NCBI GenBank assembly: GCA_965140585.1
Contig: OZ223272.1
Coordinates: 192,001 to 256,000, forward strand
Reading direction: 5' to 3'
Origin: Spirochaetia bacterium
GTDB lineage: Bacteria; Spirochaetota; Spirochaetia; UBA9216
Length of the DNA stretch: 64,000 bases
Positions 1-9,427 of the stretch are shown in pieces. The notes below the pieces were generated by a model, which ran no database searches, was not told where the DNA came from, and saw nothing but the letters and a program-made list of their open reading frames with translations. The position numbers and the translations under genes were made by a program. Within the stretch, counting starts at the first letter, position 1, and each line of letters begins with the position of its first letter.

Positions 1-86
1 ATTTTCTCACCTTTGCCGTTAAGAACAAAGGAAACGGTAGATGGAGAAACCCCGGCAGCTTTTGCCACATCATAAATACTTGCCAT
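1..86 (-). CDS. LacI-family transcriptional regulator, N-terminal HTH (runs off the window edge)
   Basis: Manual translation from ATG at 86: MASIYDVAKAAGVSPSTVSFVLNGKGEK, the canonical LacI HTH start. Not in the ORF track. Confidence 0.9.
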   Translation of the reverse strand, partial: MASIYDVAKAAGVSPSTVSFVLNGKGEK

Positions 87-173
87 AATTAGCTTCAGTA
101 TACCAGACATTACATAATTACTGTCAACTACGATTTTGACATAGAATTTTATGATGAATGCGATAAAATATAA

Positions 174-1250
174 GTGTTGAGTTTTGTCTTCAAAGAGAAT
201 AAAATGGATAATATGGAGAAGCACTATAAAAGCACCGTCAAAACCGTTTTTCTTCTGCTGATATTTCTCTTATCTGCAGGGTTTAATGTATACGGCCAGA
301 TTGATAAACCTGTTTTAACTGTACTCGACTTCAGAGTCAGTCAGGTTTCTGAGCAGGAAGCTCTTATTCTAACCGATTTTCTGTCCGGGCATCTTGTTGC
401 GACAGCAAAGTACAGAGTCATAGACAGAACCCAGCGGGAAACCATCCTGAGTGAACTGCAGTTTTCATACGGAGGCTGTACAGATGAAAGCTGTCAGCTA
501 GAAGTTGGTAGACTGCTTGCTGCTCAATACATTGTAATTGGAAGTCTCGGCCGAATCGGATCGAGAATGATTTTGAACATGAGCCTTGTAGAGGTTGAAA
601 CCGGCGAGACAAAGAACAGTGTCTCAGGTAAATACGCTGATCTTGATGAGCTTGTTGATGATAGTGAAACAATCGTTGCCCGACTTACAGGAGCTGAGGT
701 TCCTACAGTTGCTACAACTCCCGCACAGCCCAAGGAACCTGAACCGGCAGAGGAACCAAGTGCAATGATAGGCGGAAGCTCAGGTTCTGATGATACAGGA
801 ATGGTCGATGTAAGCAAAGACAGCACATCGGTCAGAACGGCATCTTCATCAAAACCCAAATCTGATGCACGTTTCAGATTCGATATTGGCGCTCAGTTAG
901 GCGGAGCTTTCGATGCCTACGATACTCTGGCCTGGGGCTTATATGCCGGAGGTCTTATCCCGTTTGGCGAAGCATTCGGAATGGGTATATATATTGATAC
1001 TATGGCTCCGATTGACTATACCGAGGACACTGATATCCTGATCGGAACAAACTTTTACTTTGGAAATCCTGAAAGCATTGCTCTTGGTCTTGGTGCCGAG
1101 GTCAGCCCGCAGCTGGGCAGCGCTTTTTCCACATCTTTTATCGGAGTGACCGGAACTCTTTATATTGCAGGACTGAGCCTGCGTGTTTTCTATACAGAAA
1201 CAGCCTTTGACGGAGTTGTAATACTGCTGGGCGCAGGATTGTATTTCTGA
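174..1250 (+). CDS. Secreted/outer-membrane protein: CsgG/TolB-N-like domain, P/S/T-rich linker, putative C-terminal beta-barrel
   Basis: Signal peptide; VLDF...YRVIDR...ILSELQF...CTDESC...VGRLL.AQYIVIGSLG pattern; low-complexity linker; alternating Gly/aromatic strands ending in -LYF. True start is probably ATG at 204 or 213. Confidence 0.65.
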   Translation: MLSFVFKENKMDNMEKHYKSTVKTVFLLLIFLLSAGFNVYGQIDKPVLTVLDFRVSQVSEQEALILTDFLSGHLVATAKYRVIDRTQRETILSELQFSYGGCTDESCQLEVGRLLAAQYIVIGSLGRIGSRMILNMSLVEVETGETKNSVSGKYADLDELVDDSETIVARLTGAEVPTVATTPAQPKEPEPAEEPSAMIGGSSGSDDTGMVDVSKDSTSVRTASSSKPKSDARFRFDIGAQLGGAFDAYDTLAWGLYAGGLIPFGEAFGMGIYIDTMAPIDYTEDTDILIGTNFYFGNPESIALGLGAEVSPQLGSAFSTSFIGVTGTLYIAGLSLRVFYTETAFDGVVILLGAGLYF

Positions 1251-1273
1251 TAATTAGTATAATCTGAACATAG

Positions 1274-1302
1274 AAAAAGGCTGCATTTCTGCAGCCTTTT
1301 TT
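1274..1302. terminator. Bidirectional intrinsic terminator
   Basis: AAAAAGGCTGCA-tttc-TGCAGCCTTTTTT between convergent genes. Confidence 0.85.
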
Positions 1303-1339
1303 ATTGGGACCTATTGATAATTCCAGTTACAGGAACTGC

Positions 1340-2605
1340 TCATACCTTTATAAACGGTTCTCCGTTGAATTCCTTAACAGCTTCTATCATTGCGGCAAGG
1401 TTTCTGATTGGGGTCATTGCCTGAACATTATGAATGGTATTGAATACAAAGCCTCCGTCTTTTGAGAAAACCTCGCAGGTTTTAAGAACTTCAGCACGGA
1501 CTTCTTCGGGAGTTCCGAATGGAAGAGTCTTCTGAGTATCCACTCCCCCGCCCCAGAAAACTACATCATTTCCATATTCATTTTTCAGCATATTCATATC
1601 CATATCCGAGGCTGTCCATTGAACCGGGTTGATAATATCAAAACCGGTCTCAATAATTTCGCGCAGAAGAGGTCTTATCGAACCGCAGGAATGCTTAAAG
1701 ACTTTCCAGTTGGTATTCTCATGTATCCATTTATTAATTCGGACATAATAAGGAGCGTAGAGTGAAGTGAAAGTTTCCACTGAACAAAATGGACCATTCT
1801 GCGTACCGAAATCATTTCCGCAGATATAGGCCGTCTGTATCACATCACCTAGAACTGAATGAATTTTCTTAAGATTATCGATGGCAATATCAGTCTGCCG
1901 GGTAAAAATTTCGTGCAGAAAATCCTGCCTCATTGCTGTTGACATATACCATTCAGTCACATCCCTTATACCCTTGGGGTCCTTCAGTCCGGGCCCGGGA
2001 ACGCAGGCTATATCGCCTATAGCAGTCCCCCCCAGATTTCCGACAACATAATAATCAGAATCCTTCAGGCCAGATGCAGCATCAGCATAGTAAGCCAGGT
2101 CCTTGTCAGAAACCGGGCTGAATTCCTCAAGGTTATCCTCAACCTTAAGGTCACCTTCAACAATCGGCTTCTGCCGGATTGTTGAGTCAAAGAAAAATCC
2201 TCCCTCAGGCATAATTGCAGCCGGAGGATAACCGGTATCACCGCCGGCATATATTGAAAGAGCACCTGAATCTTCAGTTACTACAAAGCCCTCAGGAACC
2301 ATAAGTTTCTGTCCCCAGGGTGCAGTCCACGGACGGTAATTTTCATTTTCAAAACCATACATGGTCCATGGACTCCAGAGAGGCTTTGTGTCTATTCCTA
2401 AAGCCTCGCGAAGGTCATCGTCTATTTCTCCGAGCATCTGGTATGGTTCGAATACTTTGACCGGTTTATTATCGAGGCTGTAAAATTTTCTCAGTTCTTC
2501 AACCATCGTCACATGGATTCCTGTAGTAGGAAATCCGCCGAAATCAACAGGGATAGGGCCTGACTGATGATTTACTGCTGTCTGTATTTTCTGTTTTGAG
2601 TTCAC
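1340..2605 (-). CDS. Uroporphyrinogen decarboxylase / MtaA-CmuA-like family protein
   Basis: DFGTQNGPF, FKHSCGS and FWGGGVDTQKTLPFGTPEEV...GGFVFNTIHNVQ motifs. Confidence 0.85.
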   Translation of the reverse strand: MNSKQKIQTAVNHQSGPIPVDFGGFPTTGIHVTMVEELRKFYSLDNKPVKVFEPYQMLGEIDDDLREALGIDTKPLWSPWTMYGFENENYRPWTAPWGQKLMVPEGFVVTEDSGALSIYAGGDTGYPPAAIMPEGGFFFDSTIRQKPIVEGDLKVEDNLEEFSPVSDKDLAYYADAASGLKDSDYYVVGNLGGTAIGDIACVPGPGLKDPKGIRDVTEWYMSTAMRQDFLHEIFTRQTDIAIDNLKKIHSVLGDVIQTAYICGNDFGTQNGPFCSVETFTSLYAPYYVRINKWIHENTNWKVFKHSCGSIRPLLREIIETGFDIINPVQWTASDMDMNMLKNEYGNDVVFWGGGVDTQKTLPFGTPEEVRAEVLKTCEVFSKDGGFVFNTIHNVQAMTPIRNLAAMIEAVKEFNGEPFIKV

Positions 2606-2606
2606 T

Positions 2607-3584
2607 TTATCTCCTCTCTCTTTTAGAATAAATTGTCAGAACAATAAGAATAACAGCCCCGTATACTATCTGCCTTCCGCCCTCGCCGGATTTCAGGCTG
2701 ACCATAATACTGTTCAGGGTTGTTAAAACAATTGTTCCTGCTACTGCTCCCAGATAGCTTCCAGTTCCGCCGGAGAGGGCAACACCGCCTATTACTGCAG
2801 CAGCTATAGTCGGCATAACATATGCAGAGCCCAGATCCAGATAGGAAGTTCCTGTATAACCTAGAAGACATATACCGGCCACAGCAGAGATCATTCCGCT
2901 GAAACCGTAAACAAAAAATCTTGTTCTTTTTGTCCTTATACCGGAAAGTTCAGCGGTTGTCCGGTTGGCACCCATTCCATATACTATTTTACCTGTTTTA
3001 GTGTATTCAAGCAGCAGAACCCCGGCAATAATAATAATAATCCATATAAAAAGAATATTCGGGACTGCTCCGCTGCGGCCTGAACCTGCTGCGACAAGCA
3101 GTGAAGAGGCCCTCCCCTTCGGCTGCCCTCCGGTATAAACAAGGGCTATCCCCTGAACTACACTGGACATTGCAAGAGTCATAACCAGGGGCGGTATTTT
3201 AAGAAAGGAAATACCGGCTCCGTTTACAAGACCTATCGCAAAGCCTGCAGCAAGTACAGCAATCAATGCCGGAACAAGCCTACTATTGCTTCCGGCCATT
3301 ATCTGTGAAGCCATAACAGTACTGAGTGAAATTATACTTCCTACGGAAAGATCGATTCCCTCACCGCCTGAAATTATTATCAAAGTCTGAGCAAGAACCA
3401 CTATACCCAGAAATGAAGACAGGCCCAGCACATTCATAAGATGATCAGGATGCAGGAACCCACGGTTGATTACTCCGCCTGCAAGAAACAGCAGCACAGC
3501 CATTATAAATGCTGCTGCTACCCTGTTTTCCATAAGCTGCCTGATACGGCCGGTGCCTGCTGAAAGAATTTGTGTATTTGACAT
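2607..3584 (-). CDS. Monosaccharide ABC transporter permease (RbsC-like)
   Basis: GIDLSVGS, GANRTTAELSGI and AAAVIGGVALSGG motifs. Confidence 0.92.
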   Translation of the reverse strand: MSNTQILSAGTGRIRQLMENRVAAAFIMAVLLFLAGGVINRGFLHPDHLMNVLGLSSFLGIVVLAQTLIIISGGEGIDLSVGSIISLSTVMASQIMAGSNSRLVPALIAVLAAGFAIGLVNGAGISFLKIPPLVMTLAMSSVVQGIALVYTGGQPKGRASSLLVAAGSGRSGAVPNILFIWIIIIIAGVLLLEYTKTGKIVYGMGANRTTAELSGIRTKRTRFFVYGFSGMISAVAGICLLGYTGTSYLDLGSAYVMPTIAAAVIGGVALSGGTGSYLGAVAGTIVLTTLNSIMVSLKSGEGGRQIVYGAVILIVLTIYSKRERR

Positions 3585-3585
3585 A

Positions 3586-4548
3586 TCAGATCCCCTCCTT
3601 CATCGGACTGATTTTCAGGTTGGGTATTATTGCAACCCCGAGTGCCAGAATAATAATTATTCCCCGGATAAGCTCCTGATACAGTGAAGGGATATTTGCA
3701 AAAAAGACAACATTAGTCAGAAATCCGAAGACAAGAGCCCCGGCGGCTGCTCCGGTCAGATTGCCCTTTCCTCCGCTGAATGAAACTCCGCCTACAATGA
3801 CAGCAGCAACTGACTGCAGGGTAAAGGGCTGGCCGATTGATGCATCCCCGGAGGCAGCCTGGCAGGTTACTGCGACTGCTGCAAGAGATGTAAAAAATCC
3901 GCTTAACATATATGCCTTGAATTTCACAGACAATACCTTAATTCCGCTTGCATCTGCCGCTTTTTCATTTCCGCCTACTGCAAAAATATAACGGTAGAGA
4001 GGCCGTCTGCTTACGGCGAACCAGACAAGAAATGCTATTGCCACGAGAATAAGCGGTGCTGGAATGAACAGCAGCATTTTCTTGTAAAGACGGTAAAACG
4101 ATGCAGGAATATAACCGCCGGGCTGCGGCATAATTATAAGAGCTATGCCGAACCAGATGGAAGATGTAGCGAAGGTTGATACCATAGCCGGAAGCTTCAG
4201 GATTCCTATTGTTACGCCGTTTACAACACCGATTAAAAGCCCTATAAGGACTGCGGCAATAAGAGCCGCAATTATTGAACCGGCGGAATCCCTCATCATC
4301 ACAGACATCACAACATTAATCAAAGTAACAGCAGCACCTATGGAAAGGTCTATAGTTCCAAGCAGTATTGCCACGCCCTGTGCCATAGCAACGAGAACCA
4401 GAGGTGTGAATGTCGCCGAGTTTATCCTGAAGGCTATCGGATTGAAAAACCTCGGCTGAAGGAATGCATTTATAACTACCAGAATAAGAAGGACTGCAAA
4501 AACCGGAAAAATTGTACTGGTTTTGAATTTTACGAAAAGTTTACCCAT
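3586..4548 (-). CDS. Monosaccharide ABC transporter permease (RbsC-like)
   Basis: IDLSIGA, AVGGNEKAADASGI and AAVIVGGVSFSGG motifs. Confidence 0.92.
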   Translation of the reverse strand: MGKLFVKFKTSTIFPVFAVLLILVVINAFLQPRFFNPIAFRINSATFTPLVLVAMAQGVAILLGTIDLSIGAAVTLINVVMSVMMRDSAGSIIAALIAAVLIGLLIGVVNGVTIGILKLPAMVSTFATSSIWFGIALIIMPQPGGYIPASFYRLYKKMLLFIPAPLILVAIAFLVWFAVSRRPLYRYIFAVGGNEKAADASGIKVLSVKFKAYMLSGFFTSLAAVAVTCQAASGDASIGQPFTLQSVAAVIVGGVSFSGGKGNLTGAAAGALVFGFLTNVVFFANIPSLYQELIRGIIIILALGVAIIPNLKISPMKEGI

Positions 4549-6082
4549 TTACGACCTCCTCTCTTGCAGAACAGCCCATATTGAGAGCATGAGATACAAG
4601 TATTTCATCAGTCAGACAGTCATTTTCAAGGTCCTGAACTATACAGCCCTCAAACATTACACAAATTCGATCGCAGAGCGAAATCAGTTCTGTATTATCA
4701 CTCGCAAAAAGAATCACAGAAGTGCCTTCCTCTGCCAGCTCTCTTACAACATTATAAAGTTCCTCTTTTGCATGCACATCAACACCCTTTGCCGGATCGC
4801 TGAGCAGCAGCACCGAAGGTTTGAGCGACAGCCATTTACCCACAACAACCTTCTGCTGGTTTCCTCCGCTGAGTTCAGAAACCTTCTGCTTTTCATCCCT
4901 CGCTGCGACTGATAGTTTCTTCATCACAGAAACAGCATCCTCGCGAATTTTCCTTTTATTCAGAAGCCCCCTGTGTTCCCGGCCGCTGAACTGCGGAAAA
5001 ACAATATTGCTCATAATGTCATGCTGGGTAAACAGACCTTCTTCGTTACGGTCACCTGGGACCAGTACTATACCCTGTGCTATAGCCTGCTTAGGATGCC
5101 TGATATGAAGCGGCATCCCGCTGATACTGAAACACTCATATGATGAGGAGAGGTATCCGGATAAAGCAAGAAGCAGTTCTTCCTGCCCCTGACCCTGAAG
5201 ACCGGAGATACCGACTATCTCACCCTTTCTGACACTCAGGTTTATATCCTTCAGTACCCCCCTGACTGTGAGGTTTCTGATATTGAGAACCTCATCCTTG
5301 ATTCGCTGATCAGCAGGCATAATCTCTCTTTCTTCACATCCTGCCGATTCTCCGGTAATCAGGGAAACTATCTTCAGCTCATCCTTCCCCTCTTCTTCGA
5401 AATCTACGTCTCCCACACTTACACCGTTTCTGAAAACAGTGATCGAGTCGCATATCTGAAAAACCTCCCACATTCGGTGAGAAATAAAGATCATGGCCAT
5501 ATCCTTTTTGAGCCGTTTTAATACTTCAAAAAGCTTCCGGACTTCTTCCTGCTCAAGAGCTGCAGTAGGCTCATCCAGAATCAGGATCTCAGGTTTTTTA
5601 TAAAAAGCCTTTGATATTTCCACAATCTGTTTTTCTGCCGGTGACAGACTTCCCGCTTTCGCATCAAGATCTATTGTATCTGAAAATTCTTTAAGAACAG
5701 ATGCAGCACGCTGTCTTGAATCTTTCTCATCTGCAAATCAAACGGGTTTAAGAGACTCGGCACCAAGACAGATATTCTGCCACACAGTCAGCTCCGGAAT
5801 CAGACTCAGGTGCTGGTGTACCATTGAAATCTTCATTGCGGCGGCGTCAGCCGGAGAATTTATGCCTGCAGGTTCACCTTTGAAAAACAGCTCTCCGCCG
5901 CTGGGCTGATAGATACCCGTAATAATTCTCGAAACTGTCGTCTTTCCGGATCCGTTAGCCCCGAGAAGACCGCATATACAGCCTTTGTATATCCGGAGAT
6001 TTGCATCGGACAAGGCTGTAACACCGCCGAAATATTTACTTATACCACGGGCTTCAAACAGAATAGAATCCTGTGAAATCAT
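4541..6082 (-). pseudogene. Monosaccharide ABC ATPase (RbsA-like) interrupted by an in-frame TGA at 5738-5740
   Basis: ORFs 5738..6082 (Walker A GANGSGKT) and 4541..5623 (LDEPT, LSGGNQQK) are in the same frame; read-through gives ...ESLKPV*FADEKDSRQRAA...LSPAEKQIVEI... Confidence 0.85.
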
Positions 6083-6139
6083 ATAAATTGTCTCCTAATT
6101 CAGTTAAGACGCGGGGGAGGAAGCCTCCCCCTAAAAGTG

Positions 6140-7195
6140 TTACTTGAACAATGCGTCCAGTTCTTCTTCCGTAAGCCACTCATCAATAAAGTAAGCATCG
6201 GGTTCAAACTGGTATTCATCAAAATATGTATCCAGATTATCGTTCTTTACATGGTCCTTTACGTTGTAGTAAAGATAGTTTTCATCCTCGATAAGACCTT
6301 CTTTGAGTTCTTTACCAAGAAGCATTCTTACACCTACACCAAGCGCTGTTGCACCGATTCCGGGAGGATTGTTCTGACCGTATGATGAGAATCCCTGAGC
6401 ATCTTTCAGCTCTTTCCATTTTTTGACATAGCCCATCATAAGCTCACCTGTAACCACAGGAACTTCACGTCCGGCAGCAATAAAAGCATTTACTGTACCG
6501 AGGGCCATACCATCCTGGGTAAGAACTCCGTCAATTTCAGGATATGAGGTAAGAAGGTTTGAAACCACCTGCTGAGCGCTTGCCTGGTCCCAGTTTCCGT
6601 TTACTTCTGTGAGAACATTGATGCCGGGATATTTTTTAAGCACATCATGCATTCCTCTGAGTCTGTTTACATTAGCCGGGTGTCCTGCAATACCGCTTAC
6701 AATTACAATATTGCCTTCCCCGCCAAGTTCATCGCAGAACCACTGAGCAAGATTCGCACCCCACTTAACCTGATCAATAACGATATTGATTGCGTAAGGA
6801 CTTGTAACAGGTGCATCAAGTGCTATTACCGGAATTCCCAGATCATTAGCTTCTTCAATTACAGGATTAAGAGCCGTTTCCGAGTTAGGATCAATAAGAA
6901 GAAGATCCACACCCATTGCAATCATGTTTCTGATCTGACCAATCTGATTGTTGGTATCAAGACCTGCATTCTGAATGATGATTTCACTTATCCAGCCCTT
7001 ACCCTTATAGTATGCGGCGAGGTCTTCAACTGAATCAATCATCTGTGTTCTCCAGCCGTTACCAATGTAACCGTTGCTGAAACCTACAACAAAACCTCCA
7101 TCTGCTTTTTCCTGCTGACCTTCAGCAAGAACCATTCCTCCGGTGACAGCAAGCATCACCAGCGCCGCCAGGATCATGACAGCTGTTCTTTTCAT
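6140..7195 (-). CDS. Monosaccharide ABC substrate-binding protein
   Basis: Signal peptide, VGFSNGYIGNGWRTQM and periplasmic-binding fold motifs. Start taken at ATG 7195 after the GGAGGAG RBS; the ORF track starts at 7207. Confidence 0.9.
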   Translation of the reverse strand: MKRTAVMILAALVMLAVTGGMVLAEGQQEKADGGFVVGFSNGYIGNGWRTQMIDSVEDLAAYYKGKGWISEIIIQNAGLDTNNQIGQIRNMIAMGVDLLLIDPNSETALNPVIEEANDLGIPVIALDAPVTSPYAINIVIDQVKWGANLAQWFCDELGGEGNIVIVSGIAGHPANVNRLRGMHDVLKKYPGINVLTEVNGNWDQASAQQVVSNLLTSYPEIDGVLTQDGMALGTVNAFIAAGREVPVVTGELMMGYVKKWKELKDAQGFSSYGQNNPPGIGATALGVGVRMLLGKELKEGLIEDENYLYYNVKDHVKNDNLDTYFDEYQFEPDAYFIDEWLTEEELDALFK

Positions 7196-7228
7196 ACACT
7201 CCTCCAAATATTGAGTAGATTGAATTTT

Positions 7229-7343
7229 TCAACTGGAACAGCTATAATGAAGGGTCTTAATTCTTCGTTGTTCTGTATGCTGTCTGCTCTACCATGTTCC
7301 CGCATGAAGCAGTCGCGTACAGGACGGCGATGTTCCAGTTTGA
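7229..7343. repeat. Structured intergenic element with 10-bp terminal inverted repeats and a long internal hairpin
   Basis: AACTGGAACA (7231-7240) pairs with TGTTCCAGTT (7331-7340); internal helix CGTTGTTCTGTATGC/GCGTACAGGACGGCG with G-T pairs, plus CTGCT/AGCAG and CATG/CATG. Confidence 0.55.
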
Positions 7344-7350
7344 TTTCATT

Positions 7351-8253
7351 TTAGCACCCTACTTTCTTCAGTACTCCGTCAACAAAATTCTTTGCAGTAG
7401 GAATATAGTCTTCCTCAAGATGTTCAATTATTACCGGAATATTAGGATATAACTGAGACAGTCTCTTGAAGTAGAGTTCATAATTTAGCGAACCAGTTCC
7501 GGGAGCCGGAAGTTCTACAGCACCTGCGCCTCTGAATGTATGGGCTTCTGATGCATCAAGGTCGGCATGTTTTTCAACTGTGTTCTCGGCTCTTTTACAG
7601 TCCTTGGCATGTGCAATTTTAATCTTGTCTGCTACAGAATCAAAAATCCTGTTAAGAGTCAGATCCATATGATCTATATTTGAATCATCAAAATAGTTTG
7701 TCGGATCCATCAGGAGTCCCATTGCAGGATGATTGATGTCGGTAAAGAGTCTGTTAACTTCATCTATTGAACCGATTACATTGTTAACATAATTTTCTAC
7801 CAGAAAAACAGCACCGTGATCATAAGCTTCCTGAACAAGCTCGGAAATTACTTTTACGCATTCCTCATAACCTTCTTCAGTCTTATTTTTAGGATGGTGT
7901 ACCCAGTCACTCTCGGTATTATAGGTTCCTGTTTCAGAAATTACATACGGAGTACCAAGATCTCTTGCATTTCTGATTATCTCTTTAAGGTAATCAACAC
8001 GTCTTTTTCTTTCATCAAGGTCAGGATGAATAATATTGGTATATCCTGAAATTGCACAAACCGGAAGATTTGCATCCCTGAAAGCATCTCTTACTTTATG
8101 ACAATTCTGCTTCGTAATATTTCCCGCGGAAAAGTCTATGTCTTTAAAAGACAGATCCAGCTGAACAGTCTGGAAGCCGTTTTCTTTAAGGCATTTAATT
8201 GACTTATCAAGTGTGTACGGAAAATAACCATTAAAAATTCCTACTGAAAGCAT
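7351..8253 (-). CDS. Sugar phosphate isomerase/epimerase (AP endonuclease 2 / xylose-isomerase-like TIM barrel)
   Basis: FLVENYV, LLMDPTN, AHAKD and IIEHL metal-binding motifs. Confidence 0.85.
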   Translation of the reverse strand: MLSVGIFNGYFPYTLDKSIKCLKENGFQTVQLDLSFKDIDFSAGNITKQNCHKVRDAFRDANLPVCAISGYTNIIHPDLDERKRRVDYLKEIIRNARDLGTPYVISETGTYNTESDWVHHPKNKTEEGYEECVKVISELVQEAYDHGAVFLVENYVNNVIGSIDEVNRLFTDINHPAMGLLMDPTNYFDDSNIDHMDLTLNRIFDSVADKIKIAHAKDCKRAENTVEKHADLDASEAHTFRGAGAVELPAPGTGSLNYELYFKRLSQLYPNIPVIIEHLEEDYIPTAKNFVDGVLKKVGC

Positions 8254-8263
8254 TTAATATCTC

Positions 8264-9376
8264 CTAATTTATTTTTGACAGTATCTCTTCTAGTTTTACT
8301 GTTCTTTCCTCTTTAATTGAAAGGTAACTTGCGTCAACCGCAGCCAGTGTCTTAAGATTGTCAGTTCCACTGATTTCAGGTTCACAGTCATCTTCGATAG
8401 CCCTTAGAAGCTGCGCCATTGTTCCCTGGAAGGCATCGGGAAACCAGAACTTGTTCCATCTTGGTCTAAACCATTGATTAGGAAACTGCTTTGTGGTGAA
8501 ATCAATGGTGCTGGGAGTTGGGCTTGAAGCGAACCAGTTTATTGTTCCCTGTGCTATTCCCTCTGTACCTTCGACACGCCACCTGATGTAATAATCCTGC
8601 TCGGCTCCCTCGGTTGGTCCTGCCCAGACATCATCAAGAGTCGTTGCCATAAAATCATTGGCATACTTGTAGGTTACCTGGGAAATTCCGTCTATGTGCT
8701 CGAATGTGGTTCTAGGGTCTTTTCTGGTAACCGCTGTAATTTTTTCAGGATCACCGAAAAGGTACCTGAATGCATCAAGGTGGTGTACACCCATATTAAG
8801 AATTTCAATCCGATCATATTTTGTCAGAAATTTCTGCCAGTGTGGTATTGCTCTCATGTCGATTGTAGCCAGTACTGGTTCACCAAGGTATCCGCGATCA
8901 AGGACCGTCTTCAGAGCTCTGATTGACTGGTCATACCGCATATTTGAATTAACTGCCAACTTGACACCCGCATCCTTACAAAGCTTTACAATCTGCACAG
9001 CCTCATCAAGATTCATTGCGATCGGTTTCTGTGTGAGAATACCCTTTATATGGGAACTTTCTTTTACTGCAGCCATGATTATTTCAAGCTGCTGATCCGG
9101 CGGGTATGCTATATCAAGTACCTCAATTTCCGGATCTTTAACAAGTTCCTGCCAGCTGTCGTAGACTGTCGGAATGCTGTGCAACTGAGCTACAGCATCT
9201 GCATTTGCCCTGGTTCTTGATGCAATGGCTACGGGGTTAAATCCTGCATCACGGTAGGCAACCAGATGACAGTCTCGCATAATAAAACCTGCACCGACAC
9301 AGCCGATTCGAAAATCTTTGCGTTTTGGCATCTCTGGATCAATATTGAGATCCAGGTTAAAATCTGCTTTTGCCAT
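8264..9376 (-). CDS. Gfo/Idh/MocA-family oxidoreductase
   Basis: GCVGAGFI Rossmann motif, QKPIA and NMGVHHLD. Confidence 0.9.
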   Translation of the reverse strand: MAKADFNLDLNIDPEMPKRKDFRIGCVGAGFIMRDCHLVAYRDAGFNPVAIASRTRANADAVAQLHSIPTVYDSWQELVKDPEIEVLDIAYPPDQQLEIIMAAVKESSHIKGILTQKPIAMNLDEAVQIVKLCKDAGVKLAVNSNMRYDQSIRALKTVLDRGYLGEPVLATIDMRAIPHWQKFLTKYDRIEILNMGVHHLDAFRYLFGDPEKITAVTRKDPRTTFEHIDGISQVTYKYANDFMATTLDDVWAGPTEGAEQDYYIRWRVEGTEGIAQGTINWFASSPTPSTIDFTTKQFPNQWFRPRWNKFWFPDAFQGTMAQLLRAIEDDCEPEISGTDNLKTLAAVDASYLSIKEERTVKLEEILSKIN

Positions 9377-9427
9377 AAATCCTCCTGTTCTTTATTTTTA
9401 ACATTCTCAGAATGTATTTAAACCTGA

